A stretch of 32,000 nt of DNA, taken from Clostridium kluyveri (GTDB lineage: Bacteria; Bacillota; Clostridia; Clostridiales; Clostridiaceae). Of the stretch, positions 1 to 8,845 are shown piece after piece. The notes under the pieces are model-generated. The model was not told the origin of the DNA. It ran no database searches and worked only from the letters and a program-made list of their open reading frames with translations. The translations under genes were made by a program, and so were the position numbers. Numbering within the stretch: position 1 is the stretch's first letter; each line of letters opens with the position of its first letter. The stretch lies in contig NZ_CP018335.1 of the NCBI RefSeq assembly GCF_001902295.1, positions 1,926,702 to 1,958,701 on the forward strand, in the 5' to 3' direction.

Positions 1-10
1 ACATATAAGA

Positions 11-60
11 GGCTTAATTTCTCATATTAAAGTATTTGATATGGAGAATTAAGTCTTTTT
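11..60 (+). terminator. Intrinsic terminator of the upstream transcription unit
   Basis: Imperfect stem ggcttaatttctcatat / atatggagaattaagtc (11-27 with 39-55) followed by T5 at 56-60. Confidence 0.6.
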
Positions 61-173
61 ATATTAACACTAATTCATAGGATATTGAAGTATTTAACAA
101 AAATATTCATGTACTAATATTCAAAGTTTAAGGCTTATTATAAATAATACATTATAAAGAGGAGAGATTTAAT

Positions 174-1007
174 ATGTCAAATGTAACAGCTTTTGCAGGA
201 GTGGATGTTGGCTCATTGGGAACAAAAACAGTAATTTTAGTGGATGGAGAGATTGCTGGATTCAGTATACTTCGTACTGGACCTAATACTGAGGAAAATG
301 GGCTGAAGGGTTTAAATGCTGCACTTGAAAATGCGGGCCTTCAGCGTGAAGATTTAAAGTACATTATTGCTACAGGATATGGCAGGATTTCTGCACCTTA
401 TGCCAATAAAACCGTTACCGAAATAACTTGCCATGCTAAAGGGGCCAATTATGTTCATCCACAGACCCGAACTATTATCGATATGGGAGGGCAGGATTGT
501 AAGGCTATCCGATTGGATGAATATGGTAATGTAACAGATTTTGCTATGAATGATAAGTGTGCTGCAGGAACAGGACGTTTTCTTGAAGTTATGGCAAATG
601 TGTTGAAAGTAACTTTAGATGAATTGGGGCCATTATCTCTGAAAGCAACTGAAATATTGCCTATAAGCAGCACCTGCACTGTATTTGCGGAGTCGGAAAC
701 TGTTTCTTTGTTAGCACGTGGCGAAAAAGCGGAGAATATCATTGTCGGTATTCATCATGCCATTGCCAATAGAATTAGTGGTATGTTTTCAAGGGTTGGG
801 ATTGAAACTGACCTATTTTTCTCTGGAGGGGTAGCAAAGAATATCGGAATGAGAAAAGCATTGGAGGATGTGTTGAAAATCAACATTGCCGCTCCAGAAA
901 AGGATCCTCAATTGGTGGGAGCAATCGGTGCGGCTGTTCTGGCACAAAATGCATGGAAAAAGTTAAAAGCATTGGATAACATCGGAGAACATCCTGTGGC
1001 ATTGTAA
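174..1007 (+). CDS. BadF/BadG/BcrA/BcrD-family ATPase, 2-hydroxyacyl-CoA dehydratase / double-cubane protein activator
   Basis: ORF with RBS (gaggagag). Contains GVDVGSLGTKTV, NDKCAAGTGRFLE and SSTCTVFAESE, the ASKHA ATPase with the two cysteines that carry the bridging [4Fe-4S] in HgdC-type activators. Confidence 0.93.
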   Translation: MSNVTAFAGVDVGSLGTKTVILVDGEIAGFSILRTGPNTEENGLKGLNAALENAGLQREDLKYIIATGYGRISAPYANKTVTEITCHAKGANYVHPQTRTIIDMGGQDCKAIRLDEYGNVTDFAMNDKCAAGTGRFLEVMANVLKVTLDELGPLSLKATEILPISSTCTVFAESETVSLLARGEKAENIIVGIHHAIANRISGMFSRVGIETDLFFSGGVAKNIGMRKALEDVLKINIAAPEKDPQLVGAIGAAVLAQNAWKKLKALDNIGEHPVAL

Positions 1008-1060
1008 CAAAAAAAAATTGACATTCCAAAATTAATAAAGGAAATAGAAAGGAGAAAAAA

Positions 1061-2236
1061 ATGAGTTTGTTGACACTTGAAAAAATAAATGAGGCGGTAA
1101 AGCATCGTCCCGCAGAACTGGAAAAAGCCAGGGCTGAAGGGAGAAAAGTCGTCGGCTGGTTAAATTATAATGTTCCTGAGGAATTAATTTATGCATTGGA
1201 TTTGATTCCTATACATTTAGGTACTGGAGGAAATGATCGTCTGGTGGAATTGGGAGCACGCTATATTTCAGTAATGAATTGTGTTTTTACTCGCCAGGTG
1301 ATAGGACTTTTTTCAGAAGGTAATGATCCATATATAAAAAATACAGATGTAGTAGTAATAGACGTCACTTGCAAGCAGTTATACCGTGTTGCTGAGATAA
1401 TAAAACATTATTTTTCTATAAACACCGAAATAATTGGAGTTCCTTATAATTTTGATGTTCCTGCAGGTAAAACTTATTTTCGTAATGAAATTAAAGCATT
1501 CACAGAAAAATTAGAGAAAATCGCAGGGAAAAAAATTGAACAGGAAAAACTAGAAAAATCGGTTGAAATCTATAAAGAAATTCGTGAATCCATTAAAAGG
1601 CTTTATAAATGGCAAGCTGAACCTATTGCGCCAATTTCCTGGCGAGAAGTATATAATATCGTTCAGGCAGGATATTATCTTGATAAAGAAATCTATCTAA
1701 ATCTATTAAGAGAACTTCTGACTGAACTCACAGATGCTGTACCCAGCCAGCAAGTTTCGGCAACAGAACCGAGGATTTTTGTTTCCGGGAGCATTATTCC
1801 TCCAGGAGATAGGAAAATATTAGATATAATTGAGGAAAAAGGAGGACGGGTTGTTGTTGACGATCTTTGGTCAGGTTTTGCACCTTATTTTGATACGGAA
1901 ATAGAAGAACCTAGTATTGAGGGAATAAGCGATGCTTATATATTAAGGTATACTCATGCGTCCTTACCTCAGCTTAAGAATGATACAGATAGAAGACTAA
2001 AAAATATTCGCAGACTTATCAAAGATTTTCAGGCCAATGGAGTTTTATTTCACACATTAAGATATTGTGATTCGTTTACTTTCAAGGCAAATGAAACAAA
2101 AAATGTTTTAAAAAACGATGGCATTCCGTTTTTAGAGATTCATACTGAATATGCTGGTTCAGATTATGGAGCCATAGGGACACGAATTGAGGCTTTTGTG
2201 GAAATGTTAAAAGTAAGAACCCTTAATATTGTTTAG
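1061..2236 (+). CDS. 2-hydroxyacyl-CoA dehydratase D-component-like / double-cubane-type subunit (391 aa)
   Basis: RBS gaaaggagaa. Family-typical N-terminus (GRKVVGWLNYNVPEELIYALDLIPIHLG), three cysteines (MNC, VTCK, RYC), C-terminal GAIGTRIEAFVEML. Confidence 0.88.
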   Translation: MSLLTLEKINEAVKHRPAELEKARAEGRKVVGWLNYNVPEELIYALDLIPIHLGTGGNDRLVELGARYISVMNCVFTRQVIGLFSEGNDPYIKNTDVVVIDVTCKQLYRVAEIIKHYFSINTEIIGVPYNFDVPAGKTYFRNEIKAFTEKLEKIAGKKIEQEKLEKSVEIYKEIRESIKRLYKWQAEPIAPISWREVYNIVQAGYYLDKEIYLNLLRELLTELTDAVPSQQVSATEPRIFVSGSIIPPGDRKILDIIEEKGGRVVVDDLWSGFAPYFDTEIEEPSIEGISDAYILRYTHASLPQLKNDTDRRLKNIRRLIKDFQANGVLFHTLRYCDSFTFKANETKNVLKNDGIPFLEIHTEYAGSDYGAIGTRIEAFVEMLKVRTLNIV

Positions 2237-2252
2237 TATAGGGGTTGGGCAA

Positions 2253-3092
2253 ATGATAAAAATACAAGCAGAAAATATCGAAAAGAGATTTCCTATTAAA
2301 GCCAATCAACGAATTTATGCAAATAGTAATAAAATAGGAGAAATTCAAGTTTTGAAAGATCTGAATCTTTCTATAAAAAAAGGAGAATTTATTACAATCG
2401 TAGGCCCCAGTGGATGTGGCAAGTCTGTATTTCTCGATATGGTTGGAGGATTAACTAAGATGTCTAGTGGAAATGTATTTCTTGATGGAAAGAAAGTAAA
2501 TGGTTCTGATCCTCAGGTAGGGTATGTTTTTCAGCAATATGCTCTTCTACCATGGAGAACGGCTATATCAAATATTGAATACCCTCTGGAAATAAGAGGA
2601 ATTGAACCAGCAAAGCGAAAAGAAAAGGCAAAAAAATTGATATCACTCATCGGATTAAATGGCTTTGATAAATGGCTGCCTTATCAACTTTCTGGAGGAA
2701 TGCAGCAGCGTGTTGCAATTGCAAGATCTCTTTCCACTGATCCTGAGGTATTATTGATGGATGAACCATTTGCTGCCCTTGATGCTCAAACAAGAGAGTT
2801 GCTTCAAGAGGAACTTTTAAGAATTTGGGAAGGGATAAGAAACACTGTTATTTTTGTTACTCATAGTATAGAAGAAGCCATTTTTCTTGCTGACAGAGTG
2901 GTAGTTATGACTGCAAGACCTGGAAGGGTAAAACATATCATTGATATTCACCTCTCAAGGCCAAGAGGGGAAAATACCAGAGCTAGCAAAGAATTTGGAG
3001 CTTATAGACATAAAATTTGGGCTGCTTTAAAGGATGAGGTTAATAAAGCTCAAAAGGATTGGAAGTTATTTGCAGGTAATAATGGAAGATAA
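2253..3092 (+). CDS. ABC transporter ATP-binding protein, nitrate/sulfonate/taurine (SsuB/TauB) type
   Basis: Walker A GPSGCGKS, signature LSGGMQQR, Walker B LLMDEPFAALD. The track ORF begins at 2229; ATG 2253 preceded by aggggttggg is the more likely start. Confidence 0.9.
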   Translation: MIKIQAENIEKRFPIKANQRIYANSNKIGEIQVLKDLNLSIKKGEFITIVGPSGCGKSVFLDMVGGLTKMSSGNVFLDGKKVNGSDPQVGYVFQQYALLPWRTAISNIEYPLEIRGIEPAKRKEKAKKLISLIGLNGFDKWLPYQLSGGMQQRVAIARSLSTDPEVLLMDEPFAALDAQTRELLQEELLRIWEGIRNTVIFVTHSIEEAIFLADRVVVMTARPGRVKHIIDIHLSRPRGENTRASKEFGAYRHKIWAALKDEVNKAQKDWKLFAGNNGR

Positions 3093-3105
3093 AGGAGGAG
3101 AAAAT

Positions 3106-3987
3106 ATGTTAAATAAAGTGGAGAAAGAACAGAATACTATCTCTTACGATGAAAATTCTAACATGATTTCAGATGAATCCAGAGGTCAATTGATAAGTAA
3201 GATTATTAATCTAAAAGGGAAAATTGGTTCCTTTTTTTGGGGAGTTCCGCTTGTGGTGCTGTTCTTTCTTATATGGGAGATTGCTCCAAGAATTGGGATT
3301 CTTAGTCCCATTTTCTTTCCGCCTTTTTCAAAGGTGGTTCATGCATTATTGGATCTTATTCTAACAGGAGAACTACAAACTAATATCATAGTCAGCCTTT
3401 CTAGGGCTTTTATAGGGTTTTTGTTTGCGGTCATTATAGCTGTACCTTTAGGTTTCATTATGGGACGATATAGTTTATTTGAAAAGGTTATGGATTTATT
3501 GATTCAGGGATTGCGTAATACTTCCCAATTTGCTCTTCTTCCTGTATTTATTATGTTACTTGGTATTGGAGAAGCATCGAAGATCGCAATGACTTTTAAT
3601 GCGGCAGTATGGGTTATTTTAATAAATACTATTAGTGGAGTAAAAGGTATAGATCCTTTATTAATCAAATCCGCAATATCAATGGGAACATCTGATAAAG
3701 AACTTTTGAAAAAAATAATATTTCCAGCAAGTTTTCCATCCATTGTAACTGGAGTCCGTTTGGGTATTAAATCTTCACTTATGTCGGTAATTGCAGCTGA
3801 AATGCTTGGCGCAAAATCAGGAATTGGTTTCCTTATTCAAAATTCACAGCTAACCTATAGAATTCCACAAATGTATGCAGGAATTTTAGTTCTTACCATG
3901 TTAGGAGTGATTCTCAATTATTCTCTTGTTTGGATAGAAAAAAAAGCTACATCTTGGAAGACACAAGATGGAAATGTAACTTTCTAA
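3106..3987 (+). CDS. ABC transporter permease, SsuC/TauC type
   Basis: Multi-TM protein with a binding-protein-dependent transport permease loop (AAEMLGAKSGIGFLI). Strong RBS aaaggagg before ATG 3106; the track ORF start at 3034 is an N-terminal over-extension. Confidence 0.88.
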   Translation: MLNKVEKEQNTISYDENSNMISDESRGQLISKIINLKGKIGSFFWGVPLVVLFFLIWEIAPRIGILSPIFFPPFSKVVHALLDLILTGELQTNIIVSLSRAFIGFLFAVIIAVPLGFIMGRYSLFEKVMDLLIQGLRNTSQFALLPVFIMLLGIGEASKIAMTFNAAVWVILINTISGVKGIDPLLIKSAISMGTSDKELLKKIIFPASFPSIVTGVRLGIKSSLMSVIAAEMLGAKSGIGFLIQNSQLTYRIPQMYAGILVLTMLGVILNYSLVWIEKKATSWKTQDGNVTF

Positions 3988-4024
3988 ATAATATAAAATG
4001 AAATTTAAAAAAGGAGAAAATAAA

Positions 4025-5431
4025 ATGAATAGTAAGTTAGAAACAACAAAGATTTTCAAATTTCCCGAAAGTATAAAAGGAGCTTTTATTAAAACCCCTG
4101 GAATTCATTTCAAAGATGGAACTTATGTGAGTTCAGAAGAGATTTGGGATTTTATGACAGTCGAAGCCCCTATCAGATTTCCTTATGCGTATAGTCTTGA
4201 AAAAAATTATCAAAGTCGGTTATCAAGAGATGTGGAATTCTTTAGTGGAATTAAACATTCATATTTGAACCTAACTTTCAGAGATCGTTTATTGAGAGCT
4301 CACGCCAATGGTACTCCAATAGTTCATGTGCAAGGAGGACAAACAGTTGATCCTTATTTTGCTGCAGGGGCTATTCCAGTTGTTCCAGGACCATTAAGAG
4401 GATGGGCCAGAGATATGGAGGAAGGTTTGGATGTAAGATCAGCAGGCAGACGTGCAATGAAGATTATGGAATCAGGACGTCAGACCATCTCTATAGAATG
4501 TTGTAATAACCCTATTGGTTCAATTGAATCGATCCGTCAAAAACTTGTTCCTGTAGATCTAATTGCACCCTATCTTTGCTTGCGCTGCACGGATATTGCG
4601 TATGTTCTTGAGTCTTATCGAACAAGTATCAAGGACATTCCCTTGCATTTCATAGATTTTCCAGTGACCAGAGATAAGAAATGGACTGTGGAGTATGTAG
4701 CTGAATTGATATATGAATTAGTAAAAAAACTGGGTGATTTAAGGGGTGTTACTATTGCCAATGAAGATCTATGGAAAGAAATTAAACTGGAAAATAGAGG
4801 GCGTAGATTAGCTCGTGAGACGGTGGAAAGCATATGGAAAGCAAAAAAATTTCCTGTCACAAGTACGGATTTATCTAGCATCATTACTTCGGGGAGGTTT
4901 GACCGAGGTGATTCTTTAGCTAGTACAGAATTTTTAGAGCAGGCCAATAAGGAAGTTAAAGAAAGAATCAGTAAGGGGATTAAAGGTGCAGGCCTGTCAG
5001 ATAAACCTGTTAAAATTCTTTCTGTTGGATCCTGTTTTGGACTTAGAGCTGATTTTGTGGAAGAAAAGGGAGGGGTTATCGTTGGTACAGACGATCATCT
5101 AAGTAAGATATATGCAGATGTCGTAGAGTCCGGTGATCCTTATGAGGAAATTGCTAAGTCAATATTATCATATAAATATGAGCAACCTACAGAACAGAGA
5201 GCCCAATATGTCATTGATTTGGTTCGTGAATCTAAAGCTGATGGTGTGGTTTGCGGATATAACTGGGGATGTAATTATCAGTCTGCTTCTTCACGTATGA
5301 TTGCTGATATTGTAAAAAAAGAAACAGGAGTCCCAACAATCAATATTGAAGTTGCAGAATTAGGGTTATTGGAAGGAAATGAGCAAACTCAGAATCGACT
5401 TGAGGCATTTATAGAAATGTTGGATAATTAA
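4025..5431 (+). CDS. Second 2-hydroxyacyl-CoA dehydratase / double-cubane-type subunit
   Basis: Starts at ATG 4025 after aaaaaggag. Seven cysteines in clustered motifs (ECCNNPIG, YLCLRC, GSCFG, VCGYNWGC) and a C-terminal NRLEAFIEML family signature. Confidence 0.85.
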   Translation: MNSKLETTKIFKFPESIKGAFIKTPGIHFKDGTYVSSEEIWDFMTVEAPIRFPYAYSLEKNYQSRLSRDVEFFSGIKHSYLNLTFRDRLLRAHANGTPIVHVQGGQTVDPYFAAGAIPVVPGPLRGWARDMEEGLDVRSAGRRAMKIMESGRQTISIECCNNPIGSIESIRQKLVPVDLIAPYLCLRCTDIAYVLESYRTSIKDIPLHFIDFPVTRDKKWTVEYVAELIYELVKKLGDLRGVTIANEDLWKEIKLENRGRRLARETVESIWKAKKFPVTSTDLSSIITSGRFDRGDSLASTEFLEQANKEVKERISKGIKGAGLSDKPVKILSVGSCFGLRADFVEEKGGVIVGTDDHLSKIYADVVESGDPYEEIAKSILSYKYEQPTEQRAQYVIDLVRESKADGVVCGYNWGCNYQSASSRMIADIVKKETGVPTINIEVAELGLLEGNEQTQNRLEAFIEMLDN

Positions 5432-5522
5432 TATTTATACCCATAAACTTTACTTTGGTAATCAGGGGAGCCTGAGAAAATAAGTTAATATATTAAAGAT
5501 TATAGAGGGAGATGAATAAATA

Positions 5523-6584
5523 ATGTTAAAAAGCAAGAAGTCCATATGGGTTATATCCATTGTTGTTATTATTGCTTTAGTAGTAACAGGCACTTTATTC
5601 TATATTAAAGTGCAAAATAATGCTAAAGCACAGCAAAGCACTAAAGTAGAGGAAAAGGTTAATGTAATCAGAATTGGAAGCACAGCTCCAGGCCATTTTA
5701 AATTTATCTTAAGCCAACAAAAAAAATTGCTGGATGATGAGTTTAAAAAGGATGGTATAAAAATCGAGTATCATACTTTTGATGGTGGACAAAGTGTTAT
5801 GACAGCTTTAGCAACTGGGAGTTTAGATATTGCTTATACCGGAACTGATCCAGCTGTGCGTACTGCTGCTTCAGGAGCAGATGTAAATTTAATAGGAATT
5901 TCAAGTTTTGATAAAGGTGGAGCATCCTACATCGCTGTTAAAAAAGATTCTCCAATAAAATCAGTTAAAGATCTTAAAGGGAAAAAAGTTGCTTTTTTAA
6001 CCGGAACAATGAGACATGCAACTATTGCCAAAGCATTAAAAGCGGAAGGACTTTCTTTAGACGATATTCAGGGAGTTAATCTTGCTTTTGATGCTTCAGG
6101 CCCTGCTTTAATTCGAGGAGATATAGATGCGGTTGTTGAAAGTCTTAGTACTTTTGCGCCTTTGCTAAATACCGATACTATAAGGATTATTCTTGACGGG
6201 TCAAAACATCCAGAGTGGTCAAGCCCAAGTGCTATTTCTGCTAGTGGCAATTTTGTGAGAAAACATCCTACGCTGGTAAAAAGATTATTAAAGGTTGACC
6301 TCGCAACTTCTAAGTGGGCTGATGCTAATTATGAAGAAGCCATTAAGGTTTTTGCAGAAGGGACAAAGCAGACAGCAGAAGCAGTAAAATTGAGCTATCC
6401 AGACAAGAAATTTTATCAAGATCCTAAGATTACAGAAGATGCTATAAATGCTTTTAAATCAGAAGAGGATTTCTTAAAAGAAGCTAAACTTGCAACTGGA
6501 AGCGTAGATTACAAAAAATGGGTAAATAGTAGCTTTGTTGATGAAGTATATGGGGAACAAAGTAAAAAGTCCATAAAGAAATAA
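5523..6584 (+). CDS. ABC transporter substrate-binding protein, SsuA/THI5-like
   Basis: N-terminal hydrophobic segment, then RIGSTAPGHFKFILSQQKKLLDDEF, GGQSVMTALATGSLDIAYTG and a VKKDSPIKSVKDLKGKKVAF fold signature. No lipobox cysteine is visible. Confidence 0.88.
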   Translation: MLKSKKSIWVISIVVIIALVVTGTLFYIKVQNNAKAQQSTKVEEKVNVIRIGSTAPGHFKFILSQQKKLLDDEFKKDGIKIEYHTFDGGQSVMTALATGSLDIAYTGTDPAVRTAASGADVNLIGISSFDKGGASYIAVKKDSPIKSVKDLKGKKVAFLTGTMRHATIAKALKAEGLSLDDIQGVNLAFDASGPALIRGDIDAVVESLSTFAPLLNTDTIRIILDGSKHPEWSSPSAISASGNFVRKHPTLVKRLLKVDLATSKWADANYEEAIKVFAEGTKQTAEAVKLSYPDKKFYQDPKITEDAINAFKSEEDFLKEAKLATGSVDYKKWVNSSFVDEVYGEQSKKSIKK

Positions 6585-6816
6585 AGTAACTTTTGTGCAT
6601 TGGTAAAGCCTATTATTATTGTAATTATGAGATACAAAGGATAATAAAAAATAAGACACTGTATAACTAGATTTTAATAGTCCTATAGGGTCTTACTTTT
6701 TTCTGTATCTCTTATACAGTAGAGTTGTTCAACGGAAAAAGCTACATCAAAGTCTTAAAATAAAAAATTATGTATTAGTGTTAATTTTGTAATACTAAAA
6801 TTAGGAGGAAATTTAG

Positions 6817-8082
6817 GTGAATGTGTTATCAATGCGAGAATTGCTTGGCGAGAAGCTATTAGTGAAGAAAATATCAAATAGAATTATTAAAGGTTTTCCA
6901 GCTTTGAAGCATAAGTATTTTAGATATTTTTTAGCTGGGCAATGTATATCACTTATGGGAACTTGGGTGCAAAGAACAGCTCAGCAGTGGGTTTTTTATG
7001 ATATTACCAAATCAGCATTTTTACTTGGAGTTTTAGGAGTTTTTCAATTTACCCCAATGCTTTTATTTTCTCTTCTTGCAGGTGTTTTCGTTGACAGATT
7101 TCCTAAAAAAAAGCTTTTATTAATAACACAATTTCTACAAATGATGCAGGCGTTTGTATTTGCTATATTAATATGGTCGGGACATATAAAATATTGGCAT
7201 GTTTTAATATTAGCAGGTGTTTATGGTATTGTTCAAACTTTTGATATGCCCACAAGACAGTCGTTTTTTATAGAATTGGTAGGTAAAGATGATTTAATAA
7301 GTGCTATAGGAATGAATTCTACTATTGTAAATATAGCAAGAATATTAGGACCTGCATTTTCAGGTATTATATTATTTAAATTAGGACCTATTTTCTGCTT
7401 TCTTATTAATGGTTTTAGCTTTATAGCGGTTCTTATAGGATTAATTAGTATTAAGTCTTATTATGCAGGCATAAGAAAGAAGACATGTAATATCATGGAT
7501 GATATTGTAAATGGTTTGAAATACATTAAGTCGCAAAAAACAATACTTACCGCAGTAATATCAATGCTTTTTGTTGGGACTTTTGCATTTAATAATGAAG
7601 TTATTATACCTGTTTATGTAAAGGAAGTTTTGCATAAATCTGCTGGAGTTTATAGTACTCTTCTATCGGCTTCTGGGATAGGTGCCCTAATTGGATCTGT
7701 AAAATTTGCTTCAAATACAAAAAGAAGATTAAATGTAATATTCATTAGTAGTTCAATTTTATCCATGTGCTTAATAACTCAAAGTTTTATTCATACATAT
7801 TATGTTTCTATATTAATACTAATAATATATGGATTCTTTAATATAATTTTCATGGCATCAATTAATTTTATAATTCAAATAAATTCACGTGATGAATATA
7901 GAGGAAGAACAGTAAGTGTTTATAGTCTGGTGCTTGTTGGAACAACTCCAATCGGAAATTTATTTGCAGGGACAATAGCTGAATATTTAGGTTCTAATGC
8001 TAGTTTTCTGCTTTGTGGTGTAACAACTCTAGTATTAATGTTTTTTGTTCTTTTTAAATTTAAAGAGGTTTTTTATTCGTGA
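6817..8082 (+). CDS. MFS transporter (EntS/MFS_3-like)
   Basis: 12-TM-like ORF with RYFLAGQCISLMGTWVQRTAQQWVFYDITKSAFLLGVLG and VDRFPKKKLL. RBS aggagg. Confidence 0.85.
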   Translation: MNVLSMRELLGEKLLVKKISNRIIKGFPALKHKYFRYFLAGQCISLMGTWVQRTAQQWVFYDITKSAFLLGVLGVFQFTPMLLFSLLAGVFVDRFPKKKLLLITQFLQMMQAFVFAILIWSGHIKYWHVLILAGVYGIVQTFDMPTRQSFFIELVGKDDLISAIGMNSTIVNIARILGPAFSGIILFKLGPIFCFLINGFSFIAVLIGLISIKSYYAGIRKKTCNIMDDIVNGLKYIKSQKTILTAVISMLFVGTFAFNNEVIIPVYVKEVLHKSAGVYSTLLSASGIGALIGSVKFASNTKRRLNVIFISSSILSMCLITQSFIHTYYVSILILIIYGFFNIIFMASINFIIQINSRDEYRGRTVSVYSLVLVGTTPIGNLFAGTIAEYLGSNASFLLCGVTTLVLMFFVLFKFKEVFYS

Positions 8083-8106
8083 AATTCGTATATTGTTTAC
8101 TAACTA

Positions 8107-8149
8107 AGGCCACATACTAGATATTAATTCTAGCATAGGGCCTATTTTT
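8107..8149 (+). terminator. Intrinsic terminator after the MFS gene
   Basis: Nested stem AGGCC-acata-CTAGA-tattaat-TCTAG-cata-GGCCT followed by atttttat. Confidence 0.65.
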
Positions 8150-8171
8150 ATAAATATGTAAGCTATAACTT

Positions 8172-8378
8172 TTAGTCTCCTTTATATGGTATATGATTTT
8201 CAATAAATGCTACTTCAATTCCAAGTTCTTTCTTACTAGAAAAATAAAAGTAAAAGGAACCTGCTGTTTTTATTAAGCTCTGTTTACAGTTATAAATTAG
8301 TGAAGTTAATTCTTTAATATCAAATTTACAATAATATGGTGGAATTATTAATAAATGTGTAGTAAAATTATTCTTGGA
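8172..8378 (-). pseudogene. Start-less remnant ORF of unknown family
   Basis: Minus-strand reading ...IIPPYYCKFDIKELTSLIYNCKQSLIKTAGSFYFYFSSKKELGIEVAFIENHIPYKGD*. Open frame with protein-like composition but no convincing start; bounded upstream by a stop. Confidence 0.3.
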
Positions 8379-8472
8379 TCAATCAATATAACAAAAAACT
8401 TTATTAAAAATAAGTTGAGTGAAGTGAAAATAAAAATCAGAAAACAATAATTTAGATTGGATATCCTCTAAC

Positions 8473-8676
8473 TTTGAGTCCTCTGTAAGGGATGGTACTT
8501 CTACAGAAACTATAATGATTTTAAATAAGAGTAAGCAAATGTTTTATCTAAATAAGACTGCAGATCCTGCTTGGAAGAAGAATCGACTGCTCTAGAAAGT
8601 ATAGGATGATAAAAGTGAAAGTCTTAAAACTGTTTCACAGAAATTAAATAACGTGGTAGGTGGATTTAAACTATAA
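8473..8676 (+). pseudogene. Decayed CDS remnant, possibly methyl-accepting chemotaxis protein-like C-terminus
   Basis: One frame reads FESSVRDGTSTETIMILNKSKQMFYLNKTADPAWKKNRLL*KV*DDKSESLKTVSQKLNNVVGGFKL*. Two in-frame stops interrupt it; the end resembles MCP C-termini. Confidence 0.4.
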
Positions 8677-8845
8677 AAAGTTAAAGTATTATGCTATACA
8701 CTGTCAAAGAAAATGGATAAAAGGGTAAATAATGGGTGATTTCTGGGTTCAGGCGGAATCTATTTATGTAATATTTTATGAAGGATTTTTGATATTTTTA
8801 GAGAATTAAATTTACTTATAACAGTAAAAATAAGGAGGTAAAAGA

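Noticed and set aside
455-742. Antisense and overlapping small ORFs in the track (e.g. 455-742, 908-1105, 3504-3743, 4615-4947, 12199-12393, 12589-12918, 22683-22883, 27767-28024, 29104-29310)
   Set aside because: All lie inside or mostly inside strong coding regions, have no RBS or recognisable domain, and read as shadow frames of well-supported genes.
6600-6816. Possible riboswitch or T-box before the MFS gene
   Set aside because: Only short weak palindromes (ctgtat/atacag, tcctatagga); no conserved aptamer core recognised.
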